A model generated the notes under the pieces. It ran no database searches. It was not told the DNA's origin and saw only the letters and a list, made by a program, of their open reading frames with translations. The position numbers and the translations under genes were made by a program. A DNA stretch of 63,524 bases, counting the filler, from Octopus bimaculoides (Eukaryota): NCBI RefSeq assembly GCF_001194135.2. It is 5 parts of 4 records of this genome, joined end to end, with 100 filler letters (N's around TTAATTAATTAA, not from the genome) between each part and the next. Parts side by side here need not be neighbours in the genome. Positions count along the whole stretch, not along the records: positions 56,588 to 61,646 come from NC_068991.1; positions 61,747 to 63,524 come from NC_068985.1; 3 more parts are not named here. One strand, 5' to 3'. Below, piece after piece: positions 61,368 through 63,524 of this stretch (positions within the stretch are counted from its first letter, which is position 1; the number at the start of each line of letters is the position of its first letter).

Positions 61368-61928
61368 TTATGTTTCACTTTTGTTTTGCATTTGTACAAG
61401 TTGGATCCAAGTCTCACCCAGAGACCTCAAGAGACAACAAGTTAGAAGTTCATGTAGGTGTTATGCCTAGGGTACCATATATTTGGATTTGTACAGTTTT
61501 GTTCTAGTGAATGTTTAAGAAACCATAAGAAAATTATGCGTTTGTTTTAAAATTTGAGATTACAGAGACAGTATTTTACGTAGGATATGGGCAGTTCCCA
61601 TGAGCACTATATTTTGAACTTCAGCCATTTTGAGGTTTCCTGGTATNNNNNNNNNNNNNNNNNNNNNNNNNNNNNNNNNNNNNNNNNNNNTTAATTAATT
61701 AANNNNNNNNNNNNNNNNNNNNNNNNNNNNNNNNNNNNNNNNNNNNAGCATTATCGCTGTGAAAACAACATTCAGTCATTAATTTTTTTTTTCTTAAATA
61801 CATGTTTTACCTGTGAATTTGCATGTGTAAACTGGGAATGCATACAACGAGTTTCTCTGCCCTAGGTGTACGGAAAACACTCGGCGAGAAATGGAAGAAA
61901 ATTTGAAGAAAGAAGAAAAAAATACAAC

Positions 61929-61985
<57 letters not shown>

Positions 61986-63100
61986 TCAGGAACTGGTACG
62001 TAGATATAAGATAAAAAAAAAGTGGTTAAAGGAGCTGAAACAAAGATTGCAGGCGAAAGCGACAAAGGTCAAGAGATATGAACAAAGAATTGAACAATAT
62101 AAAATGATGAGATTGTTACAAGAAAAGGGTCTATCAACATTTGAATGGAAAGGTTAACAGCAGTGAAAGACCAAATGCTGAAGAGAGTAAAAGGTTTTGG
62201 AATAACATCTGGGATAATGGACGAAAGCATAACAAAGATGATGAATGCTTGAAGGAATTATGTTCGAAAAAATATGAGGTGAAACAGAGCAATATTAGAA
62301 TAACGACTGAAATGGTTATCCGAACAGACAACAAAGATCCCAAACTGAAAACGCCCAGGCCCGGGTTGGGTACAAGGATATTAGCTGAGAAATTTCCCAG
62401 CACTACACAAAAGAATAGCCACACAAATAGATAAAATGATCAATAAAGGGGTGCAAATCCCAATGTGACTGACCATAGGTAAAACAATTCTTTGCGGAAA
62501 GGATCCCAGCAAAGGCAATGCAGTGGATAATTACTGACCTATCATCTGTCTACCTCTGATGTGGAAGTCTATCACTTGTCTTCCCTGATGGGGAAGGAAT
62601 AATATCTAATTATGTATATAACTTCCTGGAAGTGAATGACAAAATACCAGTGGAACGGAAAGAATTCAAAAGGAAAAGCCGTGGGACAAAACACCAACTT
62701 CTGATAGATAGAATGGTACTGAACGACCACAAGAAAAGACTTACCAATCTGGGCATGGCGTGGACCGACTATAAGAAAGCGTATGACATGGTCCTCCTTT
62801 CCTGAATTTTAGAATCCAGGAATGGGAGCTGGTTGGTATAGATGTCCGATAACGTATTAAATTATATTAGGAGATCAATGAAAAACTGGAATACAGAGCT
62901 AACTTCATGTGGAAAACTTTTGGCGTGGGTTAACATCAAGAGACGCATAATTCAAGGAGATAGCCTATCACTATTGCTGTTTGTGATTTGTATGATGCCT
63001 CTCATGCAGATACTACAGAATGTGACATCGGGGTACGGCTTGAAAAGTGGTGGAAAATTAACTCATCTGTTAAATATGGATGATTTGCAATTGGGGAACA
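61986..63100 (+). mobile_element. R4/Dong-like LINE reverse-transcriptase region, decayed
   Basis: RFWNNIWD, GMAWTDYKKAYDMV, IIQGDSLSLLLFVICMMPL and HLLNMDDLQL; begins right after (AAT)n at ~61929-61985. Confidence 0.9.
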
Positions 63101-63289
63101 GGCATACAAAATGACCAATTTCAAAGACTGTTGGACCTTACTCATAGGGTATTGGAATCTTAATAATGGATTTACAAAGCCAACAACCAATCTTAAAAAC
63201 AATTGGATCTTACTCACAAGGTAATGGAATCTTATATGTATACCATTCTGCCTAAACATTGGATTTACAAATACAATATCCCTACATTC

Positions 63290-63420
63290 ACTCTCTATTT
63301 CATTATCTTAACTAAGCTAACTATTGCTTAATCATCCACTCACACCGTCTCCGATGAAGGGATATAATAAATATCCTGAAAACAGCTGTAAGACATTCGA
63401 TTTATAAATGTTCTATATTA
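63290..63420. mobile_element. Possible Penelope-like terminal fragment
   Basis: ctccgatgaaggg...cctgaaaacagctgtaag resembles the CTGATGA..GAAAC hammerhead-like core of PLE termini; similar motifs at ~33470-33510 and ~50855-50930. Confidence 0.35.
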
Positions 63421-63524
63421 TACACAGCCTTGGGTTTTTTTTTATCTCTTTACGAAAAGTATATCCTATATACATATATATATATATATAAAACACGTGT
63501 CTGTGTTCGGTTTGTCCTTGCACA

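Overview
AT-rich, microsatellite- and TE-dense animal genomic DNA. The SINE families and repeat landscape look like an octopus assembly, probably O. bimaculoides (inferred, not verified). The left third is genic: an intronless 496-aa coiled-coil/acidic ORF of unknown identity (5311-6801 +), an intronless full-length PIGG/GPI7 GPI ethanolamine-phosphate transferase (8801-11746 +), and the last four coding exons of an unidentified minus-strand gene that I spliced by hand (21528-21392, 19669-19566, 17678-17310, 16782-16581). From about 25 kb onward I can establish no gene. That part holds decayed LINEs (RTE, CR1/Crack, R4/Dong-like, possibly Penelope), two SINE families, mariner-type MITEs, simple repeats and assembly gaps. 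The most notable structures are a near-perfect 277-bp palindrome, a (TAA)n-associated cluster of R4/Dong-like LINE ends and SINEs, a decayed 23-aa STPR-type repeat ORF, several hairpin elements and a CpG-retaining island over the orphan ORF. No database searches or computations were run, so TE boundaries are approximate and family names rest on recalled protein motifs.
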